Shown in pieces: positions 8,672-17,824 of a stretch of 32,000 nt of DNA. The stretch is from Desulfotalea psychrophila LSv54. Its GTDB lineage: Bacteria; Desulfobacterota; Desulfobulbia; Desulfobulbales; Desulfocapsaceae. The notes under the pieces are model-generated. The model searched no databases, was not told where the DNA came from, and worked only from the letters and a program-made list of their open reading frames with translations. The translations under genes were made by a program, and so were the position numbers. How positions within the stretch are numbered: position 1 is the stretch's first letter; each line of letters starts with the position of its first letter. Location of the stretch: contig NC_006138.1 in NCBI RefSeq assembly GCF_000025945.1, positions 1,530,001 through 1,562,000 of the forward strand, written 5' to 3'.

Positions 8672-9049
8672 CTAAGCGAGAATGTGTTGGCTTATCAGCC
8701 TGTTGAAGCCGACAATATCAAAGCTCCCTCGTATCTCAAAGGCAACTCTGCCAACTGCGCTGATATAGATCTCTATTTCACAGTCAAGATCAAGACTTCC
8801 CGATGTTTCCACGGAAAAGGTCTGGATTTTAGCGTAGGGAATTGAGGTGTAGTCTACCTTGGAGCCTGTCAGTCCCTGCACATTTGCGGCAATGATTCGT
8901 TTATTGGTGAAAACTACCTGATCCCTGATGGTCTTAAAGGTGGCAAATATCTTCTCCCCGTCGATGAGAAAGAGAGATATTGCCTCCAGGGCCTTGCTGT
9001 TATCAATGGGCTTGAGCTTAAAAAGTTCTGACTTGTCAAAATCGATCAT
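8672..9049 (-). CDS. Bacterial PH-domain protein (bPH_1 / DUF1696-like)
   Basis: 125-aa ORF. ...IRDQVVFTNKRIIAANVQGLTGSKVDYTSIPYAKIQTFSVETSGSLDLDCEIEIYI... matches my recollection of the bPH_1 family consensus (RD..vFTnkR...G.tG.K....siPY..I..fsvET.G..DlD.E). Confidence 0.7.
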   Translation of the reverse strand: MIDFDKSELFKLKPIDNSKALEAISLFLIDGEKIFATFKTIRDQVVFTNKRIIAANVQGLTGSKVDYTSIPYAKIQTFSVETSGSLDLDCEIEIYISAVGRVAFEIRGSFDIVGFNRLISQHILA

Positions 9050-9079
9050 ATTCTTTTCCTTTTGCCTGGTTTTGCATGC

Positions 9080-10039
9080 TTAGCATGCGGACTCGCACGG
9101 TTTATGTTTTTTCTGGCACCATACAAGCATAATAATCCCCGTCACTATAAGCAATAGACCAATGATGGCTGCCAGATCGGGTAGGGGGGAATCGAGGAAA
9201 ATCATGCCACCAACCAGGGCAAAGCCCACCTCCGTTGCCTGACTTGCATCAACGCCCGCCAGTTCCGTTGAATCCTTTGCTTTGCTTCTTGCAGCCAGAA
9301 AAATGGTGGTGGCAAGAACACCGGAGAAAAAGGCAACAAGGGAGCTGTTGAGGACCTGTGTAGGGCTTGGCAGCGGTGGATGCAGAATGCAGATAAGTAC
9401 GATCCATAGGGGTACAGAGCCCAGGGAGAGGAGCATGACCTTGTTAAAGGTGTTGTCCAAAAGGGGGGAGTCAATCTTGGGGAGATGGCGGTGTCCTCCT
9501 ATTTTAGCCTCCCAGACCAGCTGGTTGCCAAGCGGATAGCAGAATGTGGCAATCATTACAGGTAGGGCTCCAAGCATTATGGTATGGAGATTAACCTCTC
9601 CCATATGTGACAGGTTGACCAGGCAGGCACCGATAAAGATAAGTAAGGCGAAGAGCCAGACACGTTTAGGGAGTGAGCGACCGAATAGGATAAAGATAAA
9701 GAGACTTGCAACTACAGTGAATTGCCAGGTGGTGGCAATTATCCATCCCGGTGTAAAGTCCGCACTAAAGCAGAGAAGGGCATAGAATGCGCCAAAACCA
9801 ATGCTGCCGCTAAGGAGCCAGAAGATCCAGTTTGAGGCAAAGAGCTTGAGGACATCTTTTATCTGGCGCAGGCCTCCCTGGCTAAAGAGGATGGCAGATA
9901 AGAATATAATCATAAAGAGATAGCGCAGAGATGCTGACCAGAGCCAATGTCCGCCAGCCACACTCATTACCTCATTTAAGAGAAATGTGGAGCTGAAAAA
10001 TGCCCCCGCCAATGTTCCAAGTAAAATCGATTTCAACAT
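9080..10039 (-). CDS. 10-TM DMT-superfamily-like membrane protein ('multidrug resistance efflux transporter family' type)
   Basis: 319-aa hydrophobic ORF. The N-terminus ...FSSTFLLNEVMSVAGGHWLWSASLRYLFMI... resembles that family as I recall it. The substrate is unknown. Confidence 0.55.
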   Translation of the reverse strand: MLKSILLGTLAGAFFSSTFLLNEVMSVAGGHWLWSASLRYLFMIIFLSAILFSQGGLRQIKDVLKLFASNWIFWLLSGSIGFGAFYALLCFSADFTPGWIIATTWQFTVVASLFIFILFGRSLPKRVWLFALLIFIGACLVNLSHMGEVNLHTIMLGALPVMIATFCYPLGNQLVWEAKIGGHRHLPKIDSPLLDNTFNKVMLLSLGSVPLWIVLICILHPPLPSPTQVLNSSLVAFFSGVLATTIFLAARSKAKDSTELAGVDASQATEVGFALVGGMIFLDSPLPDLAAIIGLLLIVTGIIMLVWCQKKHKPCESAC

Positions 10040-10106
10040 CTACTCATCCTATCTGTAATAAACTATCAGGTCAGGGAAATTCCTTCCCGTCTTGCAAAAT
10101 TCGGCA

Positions 10107-10847
10107 TCACTGAGGGCCAAATACCTTTTGCAGGAGGGCAGTGGTCTGTTTAAGGGGGTTTTCCCGGATAGCAATCTCTTCCTGGCTAATATAGTAGAAT
10201 ATGCCGTCCATTCCCTCCTGCACAACATAGTCCGTTAAATTTGCTTTGACGTCGGGTACAAATGGCAGATTCTGGTATTCTCCCACTACCCTGTCAAAGG
10301 CCTGCATAGCACCTGCCTGGGCGAGGCTTTTTTCTACTATGGGTTGCATTTGTCTACTCAACTCCGGAGACATTTTTCTTTGGAAGTACCTTGTGGCAGA
10401 ATCTTTTGGGCCGTTATAGATGGTTTTTATGTCGTCAAAGGTCATCTCCGAGATTGATTGCAGGAAAAGTTTTTGGGCCTTGGGGGTGGCAGCTTCGGCT
10501 GCCCGGTTAAGTCTCAGCTCAAGGTCATCAAGCAGTGGGGACATGCCAATTTTGTTCAGTACAGATTTAACCGTATTGAGTTCTTTCGGTAGTGGTATAT
10601 GAATAGCAGGATCAGCATTGAAGCCATTACTCTGGCCTAACTGTTTAACCACTTTTTCGGCGCCAAGGCGGAGTGCCTGCTTGAAGGCTAAGTCCATCTC
10701 ACCGACACTGGGTTTCGCGGCTGTTGTTTTTTCTACGCTTTTTAGCATATCCATGCCCTTATCGAACCAACTCTCTGTTGCACTGGCCTGGCTTGCTACA
10801 AGCGGGAACAAGAGGACAAGCAGACTAACCATTTTGTAATTTTTCAT
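10107..10847 (-). CDS. Secreted DUF4197-family protein
   Basis: 246-aa ORF with a signal peptide (MKNYKMVSLLVLLFPLVASQASA). ...GFNADPAIHIPLPKEL...LLDDLELRLNRAAEAATPKAQKLF...DSATRYFQRKM... fits the DUF4197 pattern as I recall it. Confidence 0.55.
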   Translation of the reverse strand: MKNYKMVSLLVLLFPLVASQASATESWFDKGMDMLKSVEKTTAAKPSVGEMDLAFKQALRLGAEKVVKQLGQSNGFNADPAIHIPLPKELNTVKSVLNKIGMSPLLDDLELRLNRAAEAATPKAQKLFLQSISEMTFDDIKTIYNGPKDSATRYFQRKMSPELSRQMQPIVEKSLAQAGAMQAFDRVVGEYQNLPFVPDVKANLTDYVVQEGMDGIFYYISQEEIAIRENPLKQTTALLQKVFGPQ

Positions 10848-11322
10848 AAAGGGGCCTTCCGGGAAAATGAGTGCTGTTTTTTGTTTATCCGATTATGCCA
10901 TTTGCAGAAAATATTAGTCAGAAGAGCAAGCCCCTCTTCTACTTTCAGGCAAGCGCCTGCCTGGGGACTGTTCTCTTGCCCTATAGGGGGAATATGATCT
11001 TGCCGGCCAAGCCATACTAGCACATTATCTGAAAAAGGCGATTTGATTACAGCGATTAAAGTGCTCTTCTTGAGGGTGGACACGATCCTTTGCCTGTGTT
11101 TATGATGAGAAAATCACCAAGAGTCAGAGACTAAAAGCAGTTTTTCTGGATATCTGTTTGAGATTGTTTGTAGAAAACGGCTACAATAAGGGTGGCAGTG
11201 AAAAATGTTGCCAGAGATGATATGGAATGAGCATCTCAGAGGCAAAGAGACAATTAACTATAAGCCCTTAGAAACATTGCTCCACGGGGGGGGCTCCTCC
11301 CTGAGGATGAATGCTGACCCTA

Positions 11323-11348
11323 TTGATGTCGGTAGAGATGGACATCGA
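11323..11348. repeat. Inverted repeat TTGATGTC-N10-GACATCGA upstream of yqhD (candidate operator)
   Basis: Read directly; 7 of 8 arm positions are complementary. It lies about 55 nt upstream of the ATG at 11404. No regulator gene is adjacent, so the function is speculative. Confidence 0.3.
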
Positions 11349-11403
11349 TTAGAAGGGGGCGATGGCATTTTTTTTCAAGAGTAGAGAGATAAGGAAGGGT
11401 AAA

Positions 11404-12561
11404 ATGCTAGATTTTAATTTTAGAAATCCCACCAATATTCTTTTTGGCAGGGGCAAGATAGCTACCATTAATGAGCATATTTCTCCAGGCAGTCGCGTGT
11501 TGATCCTCTATGGGGGAGGCAGCGTCAGGGCCAACGGAACATTGGCTCAGGCCACTGCGGCTTTGGCTGGTTATACTCTCTTTGAGTTTAGCGGTATAGA
11601 GCCCAATCCATCCTATGAAACGCTGATGAAGGCGGTCGAGCTGGTACAGGATGAGTCTATTGATTTTCTTCTGGCTGTGGGCGGCGGTTCTGTTATTGAC
11701 GGCACAAAATTTGTGGCTGCGGCGGCCCTCTTTGAAGGGGAGCCATGGTCGATTCTTCTCGATAGGGGGGCATCCATAGAAAGGGCTCTGCCCATGGGCA
11801 CGGTACTTACCTTGCCGGCTACGGGATCAGAGATGAATCGCGGGGCAGTGGTGACTCGTAGAGCGCTGCAGGCAAAGTTGGTTTTTCACAGCTCTCATGT
11901 CTTCCCTCAGTTTTCTGTGCTGGACCCTGAAAAAACATATAGCCTACCATTAAAGCAGATCAGTAATGGAGTGGTTGATGCCTATGTGCATGTGATGGAG
12001 CAGTATCTGACCTATCCAGTCAATGCTATGGTGCAGGATAGATTTGCCGAGGGGCTTTTGCTCACCTTGCTTGAGGTGGGGCCAAGGGCGCTTGCAGATC
12101 CAGAAGATTATGATTTGCGTGCCAACCTGATGTGGTCTGCCACCATGGGTCTAAATGGCCTAATTGGGGCGGGGGTTCCTCAGGATTGGGCTACCCATAT
12201 GATCGGCCATGAACTGACTGCAGCCCATGGCCTTGATCATGCCCAGACTCTGGCGATTATTCTGCCCAGTCTCTTGACTGTATGTCAGGAGGATAAGTGG
12301 GCAAAGTTACTTCAGTATGCCGAGCGCGTTTGGGGATTGAAGGGGGGAGGCGAGGAGACGCGGATTGAAGCTGCCATTGCTCTCACCCGTAAATTCTTTG
12401 AGCAGATGCGGATAAAGACTCACCTCTCTGATTATGGTATTGGTGAGGAGAGTATCCCAAGGCTGTTGCAGCAGTTGGAAACCCATGGGATGGTGGCCTT
12501 GGGTGAGCGTCAGTCAGTCACCCTGGATGTGAGTAAGAAAATTTTAGAGATGAGCCTCTAA
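11404..12561 (+). CDS. yqhD: NADPH-dependent iron-containing alcohol/aldehyde reductase, YqhD type
   Basis: Near-collinear with E. coli YqhD as I recall it: FNFRNPTNILFGRGKI, GGGSVIDGTKF, LTLPATGSEMN, NGVVDAYVHVMEQY, LIGAGVPQDWATHMIGHELTAAHGLDHAQTLAI, LLQYAERVW. I place the start at the internal ATG 11404 (SD AAGGAAGGG upstream) rather than at the ORF-track ATG 11362. Confidence 0.9.
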   Translation: MLDFNFRNPTNILFGRGKIATINEHISPGSRVLILYGGGSVRANGTLAQATAALAGYTLFEFSGIEPNPSYETLMKAVELVQDESIDFLLAVGGGSVIDGTKFVAAAALFEGEPWSILLDRGASIERALPMGTVLTLPATGSEMNRGAVVTRRALQAKLVFHSSHVFPQFSVLDPEKTYSLPLKQISNGVVDAYVHVMEQYLTYPVNAMVQDRFAEGLLLTLLEVGPRALADPEDYDLRANLMWSATMGLNGLIGAGVPQDWATHMIGHELTAAHGLDHAQTLAIILPSLLTVCQEDKWAKLLQYAERVWGLKGGGEETRIEAAIALTRKFFEQMRIKTHLSDYGIGEESIPRLLQQLETHGMVALGERQSVTLDVSKKILEMSL

Positions 12562-12650
12562 TCTCATTTTAGCTGTATAAAAGTACATGGTTAAGGCAGG
12601 AAGGGGGAGGGCTTCTGCTCCTGTTCATCCATGCATACCAAAGGGAAAAT

Positions 12651-13760
12651 ATGTCTGAACTATTTGAATTGGCAAAGATAAATGGACTGGAGCTAAAAAA
12701 TCGTTTTATCAGATCGGCAACCTATGAGGCCATGGCAGGTCTTGATGGCAGGGTGACTGATCAACTTTTGCTCTATATGGCAAATCTTGCTCAGGGGGAG
12801 CTGGGACTCATCATTAGCGGGCACACTCATGTGACTCTGGAAGGGCAGGCTGGTCCCAGGCAGATGGGCATATACTCCGATGAGATGATCGAGGGTTTGC
12901 AGAGGTTTACCGCCACGGTTCATGAAAATGGTGGCCTCATTGCTGCCCAACTGGCTCATGCTGGCCTACGGGCTATTGGCAGAAATGAATATGCGCCCTT
13001 GAGTCCTTCAGATCTCTTTGCGGGCAGCCTGAAGGTTGCCTCAGAGATGACCGTTGACGATATAGCCAGAACGGTCAAGGCCTTTGGCGATGCGGGGCAG
13101 AGGGCCGTTGCAGCAGGCTTTGATGCGATCCAGATCCATGCGGCCCATGGTTACTTGCTCAGCCAGTTTTTATCCCCCCACTATAATACCAGAGATGATC
13201 TCTACGGTGGTAGCTTGGAGAATCGGGCCCGCTTTCTCATCCAGGTTTATGAGGAGATCAGGCAAAGAGTCGGAACCTCATTTCCAATCATGGTGAAGAT
13301 CAATTCCGAGGATTTCCTCCCTGGCGGAATCACGACGGAGGAGGTACTAAAGGTATGCCAGATGCTTGAGGAGAGTGGGATAGATGCCATCGAGATGAGT
13401 GGTGGCACCCTTGAATCTGAGGAGCTTATTCCCTCTAGGGTCGGTACGGCAACGTCAGCTGAACGAGAGGTTTACTATAGAAAGGCAGCCGAGGCCTTTA
13501 GAAAGAAGAAGATAGCTGTGCCGCTTATTCTGGTGGGCGGGTTTCTCTCCCTCTATATTGCCGAAGAGGTGGTAGCATCAGGGCTAGCCGACTTTGTGGC
13601 CCTTTCAAGGGCCCTTGTTAGAGAACCGCATCTTGTTAAGAGATGGGCGGCAGGAGATAGAAAAAAGGCAACCTGTATTTCATGCAATAAGTGCTTTTTA
13701 ACCCTTGCCATGCCGGAGGGCCTGTACTGTGCCGTTGAAAAAAAGGCCAGACGTAAATGA
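12651..13760 (+). CDS. NADH:flavin oxidoreductase, Old Yellow Enzyme family, ending in a Cys motif
   Basis: 369-aa ORF with OYE TIM-barrel motifs (LKNRFIRSATYE, AAQLAHAGL, GFDAIQIHAAHGYLLSQFLSPHYNTRDDLYGGSLENRARF). The C-terminal C-x2-C-x2-C-x11-C (CISCNKCF...LYC) resembles the Fe-S linker motif of FadH/enoate-reductase-type enzymes. The protein ends 10 residues later. Confidence 0.85.
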   Translation: MSELFELAKINGLELKNRFIRSATYEAMAGLDGRVTDQLLLYMANLAQGELGLIISGHTHVTLEGQAGPRQMGIYSDEMIEGLQRFTATVHENGGLIAAQLAHAGLRAIGRNEYAPLSPSDLFAGSLKVASEMTVDDIARTVKAFGDAGQRAVAAGFDAIQIHAAHGYLLSQFLSPHYNTRDDLYGGSLENRARFLIQVYEEIRQRVGTSFPIMVKINSEDFLPGGITTEEVLKVCQMLEESGIDAIEMSGGTLESEELIPSRVGTATSAEREVYYRKAAEAFRKKKIAVPLILVGGFLSLYIAEEVVASGLADFVALSRALVREPHLVKRWAAGDRKKATCISCNKCFLTLAMPEGLYCAVEKKARRK

Positions 13761-13804
13761 GAATAGTTGGCTCCCATATCGGTCTTTGAGGAGGTAGGAA
13801 ACGG

Positions 13805-13831
13805 CATTCCGGGACCTTTGGTCCCGGAATG
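13805..13831. terminator. Hairpin between convergent genes (possible bidirectional terminator)
   Basis: CATTCCGGGAC-ctttg-GTCCCGGAATG, an 11-12 bp GC-rich stem. There is no clear U-tract on either side. Confidence 0.4.
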
Positions 13832-13846
13832 AACGTCTCAAAGAGG

Positions 13847-14527
13847 TCAGGCGCCGACCTTTGCTATTGGTCTCTTATTATAAAGGGTAAAATCTGTGAG
13901 ATTGACGTTTGCTGAGTAGCCGATACCCCCCTGCTCGAAGATGATGAGTAGGGTCGTAGGGGTGATTACTCTCTGGCCGATAAAGGTGTTAACGCCCTGC
14001 AGGATCTCTTTGTAGCCCGCGCCCGTTGGTAGCGAAAGGCCAATGGTGAGAGTGTCGTCACCGGTAAGTCGTTTGTCTTCATTTGAGTCAGTCTTTACCA
14101 CCCTGTAGAGAATTGCCTGAACATCTTTTTCCCTTCTTTCTGAAAGAAGCTCAAAATCCACTATTAGATATTGATGAGAGCTTAAAAGCCAATGCTGCTC
14201 ATTAGTTGTGCCGTTTATGAAGAGATAGTTTCTCGCCGAGGTGGATGATTTGCTGTAGTAGGATTGGGCATAATTTTGCTCAGACCTCAAGGGGCTCATG
14301 ACGTAGGGTCCGCCTTCAATATTTGTTAAATATCCCAGCTGCCACTCTTCTTTGATAGCATCTTTTTCTTCAACATTGACGATATTACTGCTACTTCTCT
14401 CTCTGACTATGTCGGTGATTATCTTGTATCCGGCGAAAGTGGATATGCCAATGGCAAGCACCCCTGCTACCATGAGGAGCAAACCGTTAATACGCCAAAC
14501 AAGTGTGAAAAACCTACTCTCTTTCAT
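13847..14527 (-). CDS. Hypothetical membrane-anchored protein (one N-terminal TM helix)
   Basis: 226-aa ORF located 46 nt downstream of rsgA on the same strand. It has an N-terminal hydrophobic helix (LLLMVAGVLAIGISTFAGYKII). I recognise no family. Confidence 0.5.
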   Translation of the reverse strand: MKESRFFTLVWRINGLLLMVAGVLAIGISTFAGYKIITDIVRERSSSNIVNVEEKDAIKEEWQLGYLTNIEGGPYVMSPLRSEQNYAQSYYSKSSTSARNYLFINGTTNEQHWLLSSHQYLIVDFELLSERREKDVQAILYRVVKTDSNEDKRLTGDDTLTIGLSLPTGAGYKEILQGVNTFIGQRVITPTTLLIIFEQGGIGYSANVNLTDFTLYNKRPIAKVGA

Positions 14528-14573
14528 CTGTCCTCTCCTGATAATTGATATCTTGCCCTAAAGACCTCTCTGC

Positions 14574-15647
14574 CTAGCCGCGTTTAATTCTTTTTTTGCT
14601 ACCCTTGGCGGTGGCATGGCCTTTACGTTTTTCGATGGCTCGGAGCTGGGCCTCTTCTTTTTGGGCTGCTTCCTGAACTTCCTGAACAAGCTTGAGATAG
14701 CTGGCGAGACGTTCCAGGGAGAGCTGTCCGGACTCAGCTGCTGCCGTGACGGCGCAACCTGTCTCTTCGGTATGACTACAGTCTCGAAACCTACAGGAGT
14801 GGGAGAGCTCTTCAATATCCGGGAAGACTTGACTGATCCCCTCTGTTGATCCGGTCAAACCGATGGCCCGGATTCCTGGGGTGTCAATGATGATACCGTG
14901 GCCGCTAATTTGAATGAGTTCACGGGCAACCGTTGTATGTCTGCCCTTGCCGTCTCCTTCACGGACCGCCCCCGTTGCCTGACGCTCTGTTCCGGCCAGT
15001 GAATTTACCAAGGTCGATTTGCCGGCACCCGAGGGGCCGATGAGAACAGCGGTTAAGTAGCCTGTGATATAGCTTCGCAGTAGCTCTGCTGCCTCTGCTG
15101 TTTTTGAATTTACCAAGGCTATTTTCACCCCCATGGCAACGGATTTGACCATTTCCAGGGTTGCGTCTGGATCTGCTGCCAGATCTGCCTTTGTTAGGAG
15201 AACAACGGGGGTGGCACCTGAATCCCAGGCAACAGAAAGTTCGCGCTCCATACGGCGAAGATTAGGCTCTTCGGCGATGGGATGGACGATGAAGACCGTG
15301 TCAATGTTCGCAGCCAGAGCCTGGGCTCCGGATGTCTTGCCGGCACTTCCCCGGGTGATAAGACTCTTGCGCTTGAGTACGGCCTCAAAGAGGAGAACAT
15401 TGGGGGTGTCGGAGGGAAAGGCCACTAACCAGTCGCCTACGACGGGCAGCTTGGTCGTCCCCTTGTTGGCCTTAAGAAAGCGAGCAGATGGCTTTGCCCG
15501 AAGCACGCCGTTTGTGGTGGCAACGAGCATACTGCCACGATCGCCGCGGATAACTCGTGCTGGTATATTCTCTCCCGTATGGGAGTCAAAAAGGTTCTGC
15601 CAATACGCTGACCACCCTAACTCTGAAAGCAAAGCATCTTCGCTCAA
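14574..15647 (-). CDS. rsgA: Ribosome small-subunit-dependent GTPase A
   Basis: Circularly permuted GTPase motifs (LLTKADL ... GPSGAGKSTLVNSL ... DTPG) and a zinc finger (CRFRDCSHTEETGCAV). It uses a TTG start, with AAGGAG 6 nt upstream. Confidence 0.9.
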   Translation of the reverse strand: MSEDALLSELGWSAYWQNLFDSHTGENIPARVIRGDRGSMLVATTNGVLRAKPSARFLKANKGTTKLPVVGDWLVAFPSDTPNVLLFEAVLKRKSLITRGSAGKTSGAQALAANIDTVFIVHPIAEEPNLRRMERELSVAWDSGATPVVLLTKADLAADPDATLEMVKSVAMGVKIALVNSKTAEAAELLRSYITGYLTAVLIGPSGAGKSTLVNSLAGTERQATGAVREGDGKGRHTTVARELIQISGHGIIIDTPGIRAIGLTGSTEGISQVFPDIEELSHSCRFRDCSHTEETGCAVTAAAESGQLSLERLASYLKLVQEVQEAAQKEEAQLRAIEKRKGHATAKGSKKRIKRG

Positions 15648-16187
15648 TACAATCTCCTTTATAACCGGGCCTGGGATGGGCCGTGGACTTATTACGCTGA
15701 TTTGGTAGGACCCGTGATTTGGCTAATGAACAGGTCGGGTACTGTCTTCTCTGCAGAATGCAGACATTCATCCTTTGGTAACAAACTACAGGGCAATAAT
15801 CAAGGAGAAGGGGGATTGTTTTAGCTGTCTTTTCTTGGCGCCAGGTGAATTTATTCTGATATTTCTTTTACCTGTTTGTTTTTGTTGAGCATATTGTCCT
15901 CACCTTAAAATGGTGAAAAGTTGTTAGGAATATTGTCTGACTATATTTCGGACTGACTGAGAGATACAGTTCCTATAGGCCTCTTTATTTAAGTAGGAAA
16001 AGAGCTTCTTTTTCTGAATGGTATCAACTGTCATTGTTGGTGTGGTGACGCGTAGGTGAGTATGAATGTGTTGCTGTATCTTGAAAAAGGAGAGGCGGGG
16101 CTGAGTTAATATTCTTGTAAGATTTGAGGTGGAGGGTGCTGCCCTCTTCATATTTTTGAGAAGAAAGCAGCAATTCGTTCTTATCTA

Positions 16188-16565
16188 TTATAAATTGACA
16201 ATTGCCTCAATTTCAATGCAACCATCAAGGGGAAGTTTGGCCACTTCAAAGGCACTTCGAGCAGGAAAAGGCTCGGAGAAAAATTCTGCATAAACGATGT
16301 TTGCTCGGACAAAATCTTTCAAATCTGCTAGAAAAACGGTTGTTTTAACAACTTGATCCAAGGTTCCGCCAGCCTCTTCCACTACTGCTTTGAGGTTGTT
16401 AAGGGATTGACGAGTGCAATCCTCGATGCTTCCCTCGCACATTTTTCCGGTTTCAGGATTTATTGGTAGTTGTCCTGAAATGTAGAGGGTATTGCCACTT
16501 TTGATTGCCTGGGAGTATGGTCCTACGGCATTTGGTGCTTTATCTGTTTTGATTTGGACTTTCAT
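16188..16565 (-). CDS. ridA: RidA/YjgF-family enamine/imine deaminase
   Basis: 125-aa ORF: KAPNAVGPYSQAIKSGNTLYISGQLPINPETG..., ...TTVFLADLKDF...PARSAFEVAKLPLDGCIEIEAI. It starts 10 nt after the ygeY stop. Confidence 0.9.
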   Translation of the reverse strand: MKVQIKTDKAPNAVGPYSQAIKSGNTLYISGQLPINPETGKMCEGSIEDCTRQSLNNLKAVVEEAGGTLDQVVKTTVFLADLKDFVRANIVYAEFFSEPFPARSAFEVAKLPLDGCIEIEAIVNL

Positions 16566-16575
16566 TTTGAGTACC

Positions 16576-17775
16576 TTATTTTTTTTGTAAATAGATTATT
16601 GGAATTGCGGCATACATTTGGGTTGCCTTAAGAACCTGCTCTTTTGCTACATATTCGTTGGGCACATGGCAGGCATCCAGAGTGCCAGGACCATAACCAA
16701 TAACGGGTATTTGATGTTTGCCCATGATACCAACGCCGTTAGTTGAAAATGGCCATGTAGTCAGGGTTCCTTCTTTCGCGAAGAGTTCTCGGTAGGCCAT
16801 CAGTGCAGATTTGGTTATCCTGTGTTCTTTTTCGAGTTTCCAGGCGGGGAAGATGCACTCTTTCTGGCATGGTTTTCCCGTATAAGAAGGTTCTGAAAAG
16901 GTGAAAAACTCAACTCGCGCTTCGGCCTCTTGTACTGCCGGGAGTTGTTTTACCTGATCGAGAGCGTATTTTGGTGATTCTCCCCAGGTAAGTCTGCGGT
17001 CAATTGATATTTCGCAATAATCGGCAACGGAGCAGCGGGATGGCGCATGGGCAGAAATTTCTGAAACAACAAGGGTGCCTTTACCGAGTTCTGGGTCTTC
17101 TATTTCTAGATTGTCGTTTAACTGTTCAAGTTCAGTTATGATGCGTGCCATTTTGTAGATAGCATTCTTACCCTTGTGTGGGGTAGATGCATGGGCACTG
17201 AGACCGGATACAGAGATCTTAAATTCCATCCGCCCTTTTTGAGCCAGAGAAATTTCATCATTACTTGGTTCGGCAAGGATAACAAAGTCTGGTTGCAATC
17301 CTTTTTTTTCGATTAAAAACTCCCAGGCAAGGCCTTCACATGGCTCTTCCTGGACAGTAGTACAAACCATATAGGTAAAATCCTCTAGCAGATCTAAGTC
17401 CTTGAGGATTTTCCCGGCATAGAGCATCGAGGCGATGGATGCCTTCATATCGGCGGCGCCACGGCCATAAATGTTCTTTTCATCCTGAGCGCCGGAGGTG
17501 GGGGATTGATGCCACTGCTTTTCGTCTCCATATCCCACAACATCCATATGGGCATCGACGCAGATGAGTTTGGGGCCATGTCCTACCGAACCACAAACAT
17601 TGCCCATTTCGTCGATTTCAACCTTGTCGAAATCAAGGGCCCTCATCTTTTCGGCAACAAGCTGTGCGACCCGGCCTTCATCTCCAGAAAAGCTTTCTGT
17701 CTGGATAAGGGTACTTGCGAAATCGTAGATATTCTGTGCGTAGAATTTGCTGCGATCCTTAATATTATTAAACAT
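16576..17775 (-). CDS. ygeY: YgeY-family M20 metallohydrolase ('selenium-metabolism-linked' hydrolase family)
   Basis: 399-aa ORF collinear with E. coli YgeY as I recall it: DKVEIDEMGNV, GHGPKL..VDAHMDVVG, YGRGAADMK, TVQEEPCEGLAW, SIDRRLTWGE, FSTNGVGIMGKHQIPVIGYGPG. Confidence 0.8.
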   Translation of the reverse strand: MFNNIKDRSKFYAQNIYDFASTLIQTESFSGDEGRVAQLVAEKMRALDFDKVEIDEMGNVCGSVGHGPKLICVDAHMDVVGYGDEKQWHQSPTSGAQDEKNIYGRGAADMKASIASMLYAGKILKDLDLLEDFTYMVCTTVQEEPCEGLAWEFLIEKKGLQPDFVILAEPSNDEISLAQKGRMEFKISVSGLSAHASTPHKGKNAIYKMARIITELEQLNDNLEIEDPELGKGTLVVSEISAHAPSRCSVADYCEISIDRRLTWGESPKYALDQVKQLPAVQEAEARVEFFTFSEPSYTGKPCQKECIFPAWKLEKEHRITKSALMAYRELFAKEGTLTTWPFSTNGVGIMGKHQIPVIGYGPGTLDACHVPNEYVAKEQVLKATQMYAAIPIIYLQKK

Positions 17776-17794
17776 AGTTACCTGGTTAGTGATG

Positions 17795-17824
17795 AGTGCG
17801 TGTATGAGAGTTCATACACGCACT
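17795..17824 (-). other. Perfect 13-bp intercistronic stem-loop between BCCT and ygeY
   Basis: AGTGCGTGTATGA-gagt-TCATACACGCACT, read directly. It occupies most of the 55-nt gap and has no following U-tract on the mRNA strand. Confidence 0.6.

Noticed and set aside
10844-11083. 79-aa minus-strand ORF (GTG start) abutting the DUF4197 gene start
   Set aside because: It has an odd composition, a poorly spaced SD and no recognisable family. It was kept out of the feature list, though a small upstream gene cannot be excluded.
11193-11211. Sigma-54-like TGGCAG...TTGC upstream of yqhD
   Set aside because: The GG-to-GC offset is 16 nt rather than the required 12. No activator gene is nearby.
15133-15708. 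191-aa + strand ORF overlapping rsgA
   Set aside because: It is Arg/Ser/Ala-rich, typical of an antisense translation of a GC-rich gene. The minus-strand frame has unmistakable RsgA motifs.
15924-16151. 75-aa minus-strand ORF between ridA and rsgA
   Set aside because: It has no SD and no recognisable domain. It lies in what is more likely the operon terminator and rsgA promoter region.
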